From NCBI RefSeq assembly GCF_000018785.1, contig NC_010163.1:480001-512000 (forward strand): DNA of 32,000 bases. The letters are read 5' to 3'. How positions within the stretch are numbered: the first letter of the stretch is position 1; each line of letters opens with the position of its first letter. The notes beneath the pieces are model-generated. The model had not been told where the DNA came from, did not search any database, and saw only the letters and a program-made list of their open reading frames with translations. This document shows, in pieces, positions 1 to 9,211 of this stretch. The DNA is from Acholeplasma laidlawii PG-8A (GTDB taxonomy: Bacteria; Bacillota_I; Bacilli_A; Acholeplasmatales; Acholeplasmataceae). The position numbers and the translations under genes are program-made.

Positions 1-2
1 CC

Positions 3-1880
3 TATATTAAAGATGCAAATATATTTGATATCCCTGAAGTAGCTTATGAAACAAATGAAGCACTAGACCTTAAACAAACAGAACTTGAAGCGTTAGGTAA
101 TTTATTGGTTGATTTAAACCTTACATTAGGGGACTTAATTGGTGGTGGCGCTGGTAACTTACTAGATAGTTATTATGTAAGTGACCTAACAAGCTTAGAT
201 TATAGTCAATCCTATCTAATTAAAGGATTTATTACCCACGGTATTAAAACCGGTATTGGCACACCGCATACACTTGCACTTGATACAACATACCCAGAAG
301 TTTTAAGTAATACTGAAATCGGTGAATTATTCAACATCTTAAATGCATTAGATACTATACCATCCATGACTGTACAAGGATTAATGGATACACTGGATCC
401 AACCGTTTTAACCTATGAACAAACATCTGATATCATTAATAGTGGAGACTCTATCGTTATTAGATCTTTATTTAGTGATAATTTATTAGGTACTCAAATC
501 ATTAGTGACCTAACACTTCAAGATGTAGCATATCATGATAATAATGGTACCTATGTATATGATTTAATTAGTTACAATGAAATGAAAAAATTAGTCGATG
601 CACTTGCTAACTTATTTGAACCAACAGATGTTGTTGTTGACTCTGTTACAAACCTAGATACAGATACATTAACCATTCATAATATGATGCTCATGCATCA
701 AGAAACATCTAGTATCATCCGCACATTAATGAGTGATTCTATTATTGGGTTTGCAACACCTCAAAGAATCTCTGATGATGCTTATGATCTAATGGCACCA
801 GGTGATTTAACTTACGTAGAATTAACTAATTTCTTAAATGCGATCGCTGTATTAGATTCTACATATAATGATGGTGACTTAAATAATGACTTACCAGTAA
901 CAGATTTAGTGGATACATTAGCAGGTACTGTAGGTCAACTTAAACTTGGACAAATGCAAAGTATGCATCAAGAAGGCTCACTGATTATGCAAAAATTCAT
1001 GTCAGAAGGTATTATCACAGCTGTACAAAGACCAAATGTTAGAGATGATGCATTTAGTGACCTAACAATGGAAATGGTTGATCACAGTGAAATTACGAAG
1101 TTACTCCTATCACTTAATGATATTGCATTATCTATGCATGCAAATGATCAAAACTTAGCTGATGATGAAACAATTACCAATGTAGTATCTAACATCTCAA
1201 CAAACCTAGAAACAGCACTGATTCGTACAATAGCTACAAGAGAATCTATTATTGTTTATAGAAAAGTAACAAATGCAATCAATTCAAGCCTACCAGTTGC
1301 AATACCTACACTAGCACTACAAAACCATGCATATACAGGTGATGATATTACATCGACTGAACTTGTTAACTTGACTTACGCGCTTGAAGACTTTGGCTTT
1401 ACAAATATTGATACATCGCTAGTTGACTCCGGGGCATCTGATTTATTAAATGTAAAAGATGCATTAACTAGAAACTCTTATATTATAGATAGAATGATTT
1501 CAGATGCTGTAACTACTGCAGGTTTAGATACTGTAGAATCTCATACTGGTATGGAAGATCCACTAATTGATATTCAAAAAGATGAACTTACAAATTTAGT
1601 AGACGCGTTTATTGCATTTGGTATTAGTGATATCAATAATGCTACAAGTACAAGCATGGCTACATTATATGCAAGTGCTCAAGCAATGAATGAAACCGAA
1701 TTTAACGCTTATATCGATTTTGTTGAACCGTATGATCCATTAACAGAAGATCTCGGATTAACTATCGTTAAAGACTTCTTGATTGCTAAACTAGATAACC
1801 AAATTCCAGATCCGTTTAACTTCCCAAATAATATCTCAGTTACAAACCGTCAAGAACTACATGATTTAATTTACCCATAA
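3..1880 (+). CDS. Large acidic internally repetitive protein, 5' end outside the window (partial)
   Basis: Reading frame is open from base 3 through the ORF-track start (a TTG at 105) to TAA at 1880. Rich in D/T/N/L. At least six imperfect copies of an S.I(I)....(S/T)..I...P...A.......EL..L..AL motif spaced about 77-89 aa. Confidence 0.8.
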   Translation, partial: YIKDANIFDIPEVAYETNEALDLKQTELEALGNLLVDLNLTLGDLIGGGAGNLLDSYYVSDLTSLDYSQSYLIKGFITHGIKTGIGTPHTLALDTTYPEVLSNTEIGELFNILNALDTIPSMTVQGLMDTLDPTVLTYEQTSDIINSGDSIVIRSLFSDNLLGTQIISDLTLQDVAYHDNNGTYVYDLISYNEMKKLVDALANLFEPTDVVVDSVTNLDTDTLTIHNMMLMHQETSSIIRTLMSDSIIGFATPQRISDDAYDLMAPGDLTYVELTNFLNAIAVLDSTYNDGDLNNDLPVTDLVDTLAGTVGQLKLGQMQSMHQEGSLIMQKFMSEGIITAVQRPNVRDDAFSDLTMEMVDHSEITKLLLSLNDIALSMHANDQNLADDETITNVVSNISTNLETALIRTIATRESIIVYRKVTNAINSSLPVAIPTLALQNHAYTGDDITSTELVNLTYALEDFGFTNIDTSLVDSGASDLLNVKDALTRNSYIIDRMISDAVTTAGLDTVESHTGMEDPLIDIQKDELTNLVDAFIAFGISDINNATSTSMATLYASAQAMNETEFNAYIDFVEPYDPLTEDLGLTIVKDFLIAKLDNQIPDPFNFPNNISVTNRQELHDLIYP

Positions 1881-1894
1881 AAATTTAAGTACTT

Positions 1895-1926
1895 ACAAAC
1901 CCAGAAGAAACTCATTCTGGGTTTGT
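1895..1926 (+). terminator. Hairpin after the repeat-protein gene, possible terminator
   Basis: Perfect 12-bp inverted repeat acaaacccagaa / ttctgggtttgt with an 8-nt loop. There is no clear T tract. Confidence 0.5.
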
Positions 1927-1996
1927 ATCTACGTCATAAGAGTAACATTGAATAAAAAATAATGTATAATAGAACTATGAAAGGTAGGGGATGTGT

Positions 1997-2656
1997 ATGA
2001 AACCGTCATATGGATGGCTTCTTAAGTGGATTCTAGCAGCAATATTAATCGCTGTAGGTCTTACAATGTTTTTCCAAATAGATTTAGTATTTTTAATTAC
2101 AGGTATAGTGATTGTAGTGTTTTCACTATTTAGAGTGGTACCCCTTGTCAAATCACTTAACAAAGAAATTTTAAGAACAATTAACTTAATTGAGATTATC
2201 TTTGATTTTCTATTAGGTGCATTAATGATTTATGTGGGTTATGAATCCATTAATTCAGGTAATGCAATTGACCCAATTTGGAGTCAAGTATATAAATACA
2301 CCTTAGCATTTGTATTCTTAGCTCGTGGTGTTGTATTCTTTTATTCCACAGTATTTTTGGAAGAGAAAACAGAACAAATTAAGTTTTGGACACATATTGT
2401 TGTATTTGCAATTGGCGCATTAATCCTTGGATTAAAAGACTTTGATGAATCTGCAATTGCATGGTTATTACTTGTTATTTCACTATTAGGTGGTGCCTAC
2501 TTAATCTACGATGGATCTAGAGGCTATGGTAAATACCGTGAGTACAGTTTGGGTATAAACACTAAAAAGGAAAAGGCTAAAAATGTAGAAAAAGAATTAC
2601 CTACAACAGATAAGCCACAACCTGAAAAAGATAGTGACAGACCATATATAAGTTAA
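1997..2656 (+). CDS. Polytopic integral membrane protein, DUF308/HdeD-like
   Basis: ORF with about 6 hydrophobic segments and a hydrophilic Lys/Glu-rich C-terminus. ATG at 1997 has aaggtagggg upstream (ORF track starts at 1991). tataat lies at 1975-1980. Confidence 0.6.
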   Translation: MKPSYGWLLKWILAAILIAVGLTMFFQIDLVFLITGIVIVVFSLFRVVPLVKSLNKEILRTINLIEIIFDFLLGALMIYVGYESINSGNAIDPIWSQVYKYTLAFVFLARGVVFFYSTVFLEEKTEQIKFWTHIVVFAIGALILGLKDFDESAIAWLLLVISLLGGAYLIYDGSRGYGKYREYSLGINTKKEKAKNVEKELPTTDKPQPEKDSDRPYIS

Positions 2657-2678
2657 GCATTATAAGGAAAAAACTCTT

Positions 2679-2705
2679 AAAAAGCGCTAAATAAGCGCTT
2701 TTTTT
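2679..2705 (+). terminator. Rho-independent terminator
   Basis: aaaaagcgct-aaata-agcgcttttt stem-loop followed by further T residues. Confidence 0.8.
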
Positions 2706-2881
2706 AATGTTGTATGTACATATAATTAAATCAGTTCTACATCTACTATAAAGTATATTTAATAAATTTTCTAAAATAAAATAATGATGTGTATAGTTTG
2801 GCTTGTATACCATAAAACTTATGAAGTATATACATACTAAACTTTGAAACGAAAATAATTTAAAAGGAAAGTGTTTTCAAT

Positions 2882-2898
2882 AATTTGAACTTCAAAAC
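2882..2898. promoter_or_regulatory. FabT-box-like palindrome 1, upstream of the -35
   Basis: aaTTTGAactTCAAAac. The core 2884-2896 is a perfect palindrome matching the TTTGAnnnTCAAA form described for FabT (MarR-family) operators. Confidence 0.6.
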
Positions 2899-2900
2899 AA

Positions 2901-2928
2901 TTGACAAATGGCTTAAAAGTGATAGAAT
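2901..2928 (+). promoter_or_regulatory. Sigma-A type promoter of the acc-fab operon
   Basis: -35 ttgaca (2901-2906), 16-bp spacer, -10 tagaat (2923-2928). Confidence 0.7.
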
Positions 2929-2935
2929 GTTAATA

Positions 2936-2952
2936 AGTTTGAAGTTCAAGAT
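2936..2952. promoter_or_regulatory. FabT-box-like palindrome 2, at the predicted transcription start
   Basis: agTTTGAagtTCAAGat. One mismatch to an ANTTTGAnnnTCAAANT consensus. Confidence 0.6.
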
Positions 2953-3084
2953 AATTCAAGCTTAGCTTCATCACATCATTATAAGATATATTTACTGAAT
3001 ATGCCTATGCGTATTTGGCCTTTATTGCGTTTTAAAAACACAAGATCTAATGATGTATAAAAAAAATGAAAACGAGAGAACAAT

Positions 3085-3540
3085 ATGAAACTAAATGAAA
3101 TCAAAAGTATTATAAAAGACTTTGAAACATCCACTCTTACAGTTTTACAATTAGAGACTGATAATGTGAAGTTAAAATTATCCAAAAATAAAGAAAACAA
3201 TGTAGAACAAGTCGTGCAATCAACAGATGCTACAGCAAGCACCCAAATAGTACACAATCCTCAAACAGCTGTACCGGTTGCACCAACGCCTAACTTAGGT
3301 GATTTAGCAATCAAATCACCGCTTGTAGGCACTTTTTATGAAGCGTCCTCACCTGATGCTGAACCATTTGTAAAAGTTGGTGATGTGGTCAAAAAAGGAC
3401 AAGTTGTATGTATTGTCGAAGCGATGAAAATTATGAATGAGATTACATCGTCAGTAGATGGCAAGGTGACTAAAATCAACTTTAAAAATGGTGATGTTGT
3501 AGGGTTTGATGATGTCTTATTTGCAGTGGTGCAAGCGTAA
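3085..3540 (+). CDS. accB: Biotin carboxyl carrier protein of acetyl-CoA carboxylase
   Basis: Ala/Pro linker, SPLVGTFY, and biotinylation motif EAMKIMNEI. Confidence 0.95.
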   Translation: MKLNEIKSIIKDFETSTLTVLQLETDNVKLKLSKNKENNVEQVVQSTDATASTQIVHNPQTAVPVAPTPNLGDLAIKSPLVGTFYEASSPDAEPFVKVGDVVKKGQVVCIVEAMKIMNEITSSVDGKVTKINFKNGDVVGFDDVLFAVVQA

Positions 3541-4919
3541 TGGCACAAAACAAGGTATTAGTAGCAAACCGTGGTGAAATTGCTGTTCGTATTATTAGAG
3601 CATGTAAAGAATTAGGTATACCTGTTGTAGCGGTCTATTCAACTGCTGATAAATCTTCACTTCATACAAAATTAGCAGATGAAGCAGTTTGTATTGGGTC
3701 TGCAAGATCCAAAGATAGTTATTTAAATATGCAGGCTGTATTAAGTGCAGCAATCGCAACAGGATGTAATGCCATTCACCCAGGTTATGGCTTTTTAGCA
3801 GAGAATGCTAAATTTATCGAGATGGTTGAAGCAACAGGTATTAAGTTTATCGGCCCATCATCTAACGTTGTTAGTAAATTAGGCGATAAAGCGACTGCTA
3901 GAGCGATTGCTAAAGCAGTAGGTGTTCCAGTCGTTGAAGGTTCTGATGGTGTTGTTGAAAACAAGGAGATCGGATTAAAGATTGCTAAACAGATTGGTTA
4001 TCCTATTATGATTAAAGCAAGTTCTGGTGGTGGTGGACGTGGTATTAGCGTATGTCACAATGATACAGAATTCAAAAAGGCTTTTGACATGACATCGATG
4101 GAGGCAGAATCAGCATTTGGCGATAAATCTGTCTATATTGAAAAATTTGTAGAAAATCCAAGACATATTGAAATCCAAATTATTGCAGATAGTAAAGGCA
4201 ATGTCGTGCATTTATATGAACGTGATTGTTCAATGCAAAGACGTAATCAAAAATTAATTGAAGAAGCACCGTCTTCTATTTTAAATGAGGACTTAAGACG
4301 CAAAATGGGTCAATCTGCAGTTAAGTTAGCTAAACATGTAGGCTATGAAAATGCTGGAACCATTGAATTTTTAGTTGACTCTAGAAAAAATTACTATTTT
4401 ATTGAAATGAATACACGTATTCAAGTAGAACATCCAGTTACTGAGATGATTACAGGTATTGATCTTGTTAAAGAACAAATTAAAATAGCATATGGTAAAC
4501 CTCTAAGCTTTAAACAACGTGATGTCAAGATTACAGGGCATGCGATTGAATGTAGAATCAATGCTGAGGATCCAATGAATAACTTTATGCCGGCTCCTGG
4601 TAAAATCGGTAAGATTTTACTTCCAGGTGGTTTTAATGTACGCTTTGATTCTCATATATATCCAGATTACGAGGTACCACCTTTCTATGATTCAATGTTG
4701 GGTAAATTAATTGTATTTGCACCTACTAGAAAAGAAGCGATGCGTAAAATGCGCATTGCATTAGAACAATTAGTTATTGAAGGTATTACTACAAATATTG
4801 AATATCATTATGCAATATTACATGCTACTGATTTTATTAAAGGTACATATGATACAGGATTTGTAGCTAAATTTAATGGATTAATCCAAGGTGAATATAA
4901 TGAATCACTTATTGGATGA
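3540..4919 (+). CDS. accC: Biotin carboxylase
   Basis: Full-length biotin carboxylase: VANRGEIAVRIIRACKELG, KASSGGGGRGI, EMNTRIQVEHPVTE. TAATG overlap with accB. Confidence 0.97.
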   Translation: MAQNKVLVANRGEIAVRIIRACKELGIPVVAVYSTADKSSLHTKLADEAVCIGSARSKDSYLNMQAVLSAAIATGCNAIHPGYGFLAENAKFIEMVEATGIKFIGPSSNVVSKLGDKATARAIAKAVGVPVVEGSDGVVENKEIGLKIAKQIGYPIMIKASSGGGGRGISVCHNDTEFKKAFDMTSMEAESAFGDKSVYIEKFVENPRHIEIQIIADSKGNVVHLYERDCSMQRRNQKLIEEAPSSILNEDLRRKMGQSAVKLAKHVGYENAGTIEFLVDSRKNYYFIEMNTRIQVEHPVTEMITGIDLVKEQIKIAYGKPLSFKQRDVKITGHAIECRINAEDPMNNFMPAPGKIGKILLPGGFNVRFDSHIYPDYEVPPFYDSMLGKLIVFAPTRKEAMRKMRIALEQLVIEGITTNIEYHYAILHATDFIKGTYDTGFVAKFNGLIQGEYNESLIG

Positions 4920-5778
4920 ACGTAAAAGAAGATTATCTCAGTTTCATGAGATTATTAAAAAAAGACCTATAGAAACTAGGCCAGTAGATATTCCTGATGG
5001 TGTATTTAGTCAGTGTGAACAATGTAACTCTGCAATCTATAATAAGGATTTAGAACATAACTATGAAGTATGTCCTTATTGTAGTTACCATTTTAAAATT
5101 AATGCGGTAAAGCGTTTAAAGTATACACTTGATGAGGATACTTTTAAACCTTTATTTGAGAACATAACATCCAAAAATCCTCTAGGCATGCCTGAATATG
5201 AAGAAAAGTTAGATAAAGGTATGAGAATGGCAAAAATGAATGAAGCATTTTTAGCAGGAACTGGGAAAATAGATGGTCAAAACTTGGCTATCGGTGTTCT
5301 TGATTCATATTTTATGATGGGTTCAATGGGTTCAGTTGTAGGGGAGCGTATCACTAGATTAATTGAACATGCTGCTAAGCACAATCTACCGCTTGTTATA
5401 TTTAGTGCATCCGGTGGAGCACGTATGCAAGAAGGTATTTTAAGTTTAATGCAAATGGCTAAAACATCTGGTGCTTTAAATTTGCTTGATGAAAAAGGCT
5501 TAGTATACATTTCTGTAATGACGAATCCAACAACCGGTGGTGTTGCTGCATCCTTTGCAAGTTTAGGGGATATCAATATTGCTGAAAAATCCAGTTTAAT
5601 TGGTTTCGCAGGTGCTAGAGTTATTAAACAAACAATTGGTCAAGATTTACCAGCTGGTTTTCAAACCGATGCTTTTCAACTTCAAAAAGGACAAGTGGAC
5701 TTGGTTGTTTTAAGATCTCAATTGAAAAAGACTTTATCAACATTACTTAAACTACATGCTAAGAAGGTGACATCATGA
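4900..5778 (+). CDS. accD: Acetyl-CoA carboxylase carboxyltransferase subunit beta
   Basis: CEQC...CPYC zinc ribbon, SASGGARMQEG, TNPTTGGVAASFA. ATG 4900 with AAGGTG upstream is preferred over the GTG at 4891. Overlaps accC by 20 nt. Confidence 0.95.
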   Translation: MNHLLDERKRRLSQFHEIIKKRPIETRPVDIPDGVFSQCEQCNSAIYNKDLEHNYEVCPYCSYHFKINAVKRLKYTLDEDTFKPLFENITSKNPLGMPEYEEKLDKGMRMAKMNEAFLAGTGKIDGQNLAIGVLDSYFMMGSMGSVVGERITRLIEHAAKHNLPLVIFSASGGARMQEGILSLMQMAKTSGALNLLDEKGLVYISVMTNPTTGGVAASFASLGDINIAEKSSLIGFAGARVIKQTIGQDLPAGFQTDAFQLQKGQVDLVVLRSQLKKTLSTLLKLHAKKVTS

Positions 5779-6608
5779 CAGATATGGATAAAGTTTGGCA
5801 AAGAGTTAAGTTGGCACGTAGTGCTGATAGGCCAACATCAAAGTCACTTATTAAAGCAATCTTCCCTGATTTCATTGAACTACATGGTGATCGTCTTTAC
5901 GGCGATGATGAAGCTATTGTAGGTGGACTGGCGACCTTTAATGATATACCAGTTACGGTGATTGCTGAAGAAAAGGGTACTGATACACAAAATAGATTAA
6001 AACATAATTTTGGTATGCCACATCCTGAAGGTTATCGTAAGGCATTAAGATTGATGAAACAAGCCGAGAAGTTTAAACGTCCTATTATTACAATTATTGA
6101 TACACCAGGTGCTTATCCGGGACTTGGCGCAGAAGAACGTGGCCAAGCAGGTGCGATTGCATTAAATTTAAAAGAACTGATGGTGTTAAAAACACCTATT
6201 ATTGTTATTGTATTAGGTGAAGGTGGTTCTGGTGGTGCACTTGCTATAGGTGTAGGCGATCACATTATGATGTTTGAAAATGCGATATATTCTATATTAT
6301 CACCTGAAGGATTTGCTTCAATTTTATTTAAAGATAGTACACGTGCTAATGAGGCTGCTCATTTAATGAAACTTACAGCAGAAGATTTAAAATCATTTGG
6401 TATTATTGATGAAATCATCTTAGAGGGTAAGGGATTAAATACAGACCCTGAAGTCGGTTATACCAATTTAAAGAAACAAATAAGTAAACAACTAACAAAA
6501 TTAATGAAAACACCTGTAGAAAAACTTCTTGTTAATAGATATGACAAGTTCAAAAAAATGGGTGAATACGAAGAAAGTGTGATCAAAAATGAAGAACTTG
6601 CCGATTAA
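5775..6608 (+). CDS. accA: Acetyl-CoA carboxylase carboxyltransferase subunit alpha
   Basis: ELHGDRLYGDD, TPGAYPGLGAEERGQ, GEGGSGGALAI. Overlaps the accD stop. Confidence 0.95.
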   Translation: MTDMDKVWQRVKLARSADRPTSKSLIKAIFPDFIELHGDRLYGDDEAIVGGLATFNDIPVTVIAEEKGTDTQNRLKHNFGMPHPEGYRKALRLMKQAEKFKRPIITIIDTPGAYPGLGAEERGQAGAIALNLKELMVLKTPIIVIVLGEGGSGGALAIGVGDHIMMFENAIYSILSPEGFASILFKDSTRANEAAHLMKLTAEDLKSFGIIDEIILEGKGLNTDPEVGYTNLKKQISKQLTKLMKTPVEKLLVNRYDKFKKMGEYEESVIKNEELAD

Positions 6609-7521
6609 AATAGTAAGCACTGGTCGTTATGCACCAGATAATATTATGACTAATGATGATTTTAGTAAAATATTAGATACGAATGATGAATGGATAACTA
6701 CTAGAACAGGTATTAAAAGACGCCATATTGCTCAAGGTGAAACCGCAATTGATATGGCATATAAAGCAGCTTTAAAGGCTGTTGAAAATAAAAATTATGA
6801 TAAAGAAAAAATTGATTTAATTATTGTTGCAAGTATTACATCACCAGTTAAAACACCATCTATTGCAAATTTAATCCAAGCTAAACTTGGACTAAATCAT
6901 AAAAATATTGTAGCATTTGATATTAATGCTGCATGTAGTGGGTTTGTTTATGCGGTTGAAATTGCAGCAAGTATGATTTCATCAGGTAATTATAAATCAG
7001 CATTAGTTATTGGTTCTGAACATATGTCATCTATCCTTGATTGGGAAGACCGTTCAACTGCTATCCTATTTGGTGATGCTGCTGGTGCAGCAATTATTGA
7101 AGTAAGTGATAATCCAAAAGATAATGCATATTTCTGGAATGGTTCTAGAGGTGATGATACGGGTATTTTATGGATTGATCCAAAAGTAAAGATGGCTGGA
7201 CGTGAAGTCTATAAATTTGCAGTGGATATTATGCCTAAAGCTATTCATAAAGTACTTGAAAAAGCAGGACTTACAATTGATGATATCGATTATATTATTC
7301 CTCATCAAGCAAACTACAGAATTATTCAAAGTGTTGCTAAAGATATGAATTTACCGATTGAAAGATTTTTAATGAACCTAGAAGAGTATGGTAATACATC
7401 CGCAGCAAGTATTCCATTCTTATTAGATGAACATAAGACTAATAACCCTGAAGTTAAAAGAGTTATATTAGTTGGATTTGGCGGCGGATTTACTTGGGGT
7501 GCAGCCATCCTAAATGTGTAG
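6589..7521 (+). CDS. fabH: Beta-ketoacyl-ACP synthase III
   Basis: NAACSGFVYA active-site Cys, IIPHQAN, and C-terminal GFGGGFTWGAAI. Confidence 0.95.
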   Translation: MKNLPIKIVSTGRYAPDNIMTNDDFSKILDTNDEWITTRTGIKRRHIAQGETAIDMAYKAALKAVENKNYDKEKIDLIIVASITSPVKTPSIANLIQAKLGLNHKNIVAFDINAACSGFVYAVEIAASMISSGNYKSALVIGSEHMSSILDWEDRSTAILFGDAAGAAIIEVSDNPKDNAYFWNGSRGDDTGILWIDPKVKMAGREVYKFAVDIMPKAIHKVLEKAGLTIDDIDYIIPHQANYRIIQSVAKDMNLPIERFLMNLEEYGNTSAASIPFLLDEHKTNNPEVKRVILVGFGGGFTWGAAILNV

Positions 7522-7530
7522 GTAACTTTT

Positions 7531-8451
7531 ATGAAAACAGCGATTTTATTTTCTGGTCAAGGTGCTCAATACGTCAACATGGGACTAGATTTCATTGAAA
7601 ATGTTCCAGAGTTAAAGCATAAACTAGAGTCATACGCAGCTATTTTAGATTTAGACATCTTATCTCATTTAAAAGATGAAACCAAAATAAATGATACAAG
7701 ATATACACAACCATTAATGGTTGTAGTAGAAATGTTAATCCATGATTACTTAGTATCACAAGGGTTAAAGATTGATGGATATGCAGGCTTTTCATTAGGT
7801 GAGTTTGCTGGTCTATATGCTGCGGGATTTTATGAAGCAGAAAACATCTTAAAGATAATTAATATGCGAGCAAAACTTATGCAAGAGGCATCTACCCTAA
7901 ACCCTGGCGCCATGGCAGCTATCTTATCCCTTAGTGATGATGTTGTTGAGGCAATTTGTAAGGAAGTGTCAACACCAAATGATTTAGTAGTTGCAGCAAA
8001 CTATAATAGTGATGGTCAACTTGTTATCTCTGGATCTAAAAAAGCAGTACAGTTAGCTGTAGATTTAGCTAAAGAAAAAGGTGCTAGAAGAGCGATGATG
8101 CTAAATGTATCAGGAGCCTTCCATTCACCTTATATGAAAGATGCAGGCTCAAGTTTAAAACTTTATGCAGAAAATTTTAAACTTCATGATGCTCATAAAG
8201 TACTTTATGCCAATACAACAGCAATGCCATTAAAAAAAGAAGATGTTTTAAATGAAATCTATGAGCAAATAGCAAATCCAGTATATTTCAAACAAACGAT
8301 TCAACACATGGTTAAAGATGGATTTGAAAGATTTATTGAAGTCGGTCCAGGTCAAGTACTTTCAAGTTTAGTTAAAAAAATTAGTCCTGAAAGCAAAATA
8401 TATAATGTATCCAAATTTGAGGATATAAAAAATTTAGAGGAGATTTTATAA
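7531..8451 (+). CDS. fabD: Malonyl-CoA:ACP transacylase
   Basis: ILFSGQGAQ, GFSLGEF (GHSLGE-type nucleophile motif), NVSGAFHSPYM. Confidence 0.93.
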   Translation: MKTAILFSGQGAQYVNMGLDFIENVPELKHKLESYAAILDLDILSHLKDETKINDTRYTQPLMVVVEMLIHDYLVSQGLKIDGYAGFSLGEFAGLYAAGFYEAENILKIINMRAKLMQEASTLNPGAMAAILSLSDDVVEAICKEVSTPNDLVVAANYNSDGQLVISGSKKAVQLAVDLAKEKGARRAMMLNVSGAFHSPYMKDAGSSLKLYAENFKLHDAHKVLYANTTAMPLKKEDVLNEIYEQIANPVYFKQTIQHMVKDGFERFIEVGPGQVLSSLVKKISPESKIYNVSKFEDIKNLEEIL

Positions 8452-9197
8452 TGAGTTTAAAAGATAAAGTAGCATTAGTAACAGGTGGTTCTACAGGAAT
8501 TGGTAAAGCTATTGCAACAAAATTAGCATCTATGGGTGCAAATATTGTCATAAACTATTTTGTTGGACCTGAAGAGGCTAAGCAAGTAGCAGACGAATTA
8601 GCAAGTACATATCAAGTCAAAGCAATCGCACTTCATGCAGACGTTTCTAATTTCGAATCTGCTCAAAATTTAATTGATGAAACAGTAAGACAAATGGGTA
8701 CATTAAATATTGTAGTTAATAATGCAGGTATTACTGATGATGCACTCATCCTAAGAATGTCAGAACATCAATTTGACCGTGTCATTAATACAAACTTAAA
8801 AGGTGTTTTCAATATATCAAAACACAGTGCAAGGCCATTATTAAAGGCTGGTTATGGTAGAATTATTAATATTGCATCAGTTATTGGTGAATATGGTAAT
8901 GTTGGCCAAGTAAACTATGGTGCAGCAAAAGCTGGTGTGATTGGAATTACTAAAACCTTAGCAAAAGAGTTTGCATCAAGAAAAGTGACAGTAAACGCAA
9001 TTGCTCCTGGATTTATTGAAACACAAATGACAAGAAACCTACCTGAACAAGTTCGTGCAGAAATGTTAAGATACATTGCATTAGGTAGTTATGGACAACC
9101 TGAAGATATCGCAAATCTAGTTGGATTTTTAGCATCACCAGAAGCAGGATACATCACTGGTGTAGTGATTGATGTTGACGGCGGGTTAACAATTTAA
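8451..9197 (+). CDS. fabG: 3-oxoacyl-ACP reductase
   Basis: SDR family: TGGSTGIG, NNAG, Ser/YxxxK, and C-terminal ITGVVIDVDGGLTI. Confidence 0.95.
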   Translation: MSLKDKVALVTGGSTGIGKAIATKLASMGANIVINYFVGPEEAKQVADELASTYQVKAIALHADVSNFESAQNLIDETVRQMGTLNIVVNNAGITDDALILRMSEHQFDRVINTNLKGVFNISKHSARPLLKAGYGRIINIASVIGEYGNVGQVNYGAAKAGVIGITKTLAKEFASRKVTVNAIAPGFIETQMTRNLPEQVRAEMLRYIALGSYGQPEDIANLVGFLASPEAGYITGVVIDVDGGLTI

Positions 9198-9211
9198 GAG
9201 TGGGTGAATAT

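Noticed and set aside
2705-2882. AT-rich stretch with several near-palindromes (tatgtacata, gtatac, agtatatacatac)
   Set aside because: Short self-complementary words are expected at this base composition. No consistent spacing or repeated unit beyond the FabT-like boxes.
3001-3060. Possible leader peptide ORF (ATG CCT ATG CGT ATT TGG ... TAA, 19 aa) before accB
   Set aside because: No Shine-Dalgarno sequence, no obvious regulatory codon run or attenuator hairpin pair. Likely chance in a roughly 130-nt leader.
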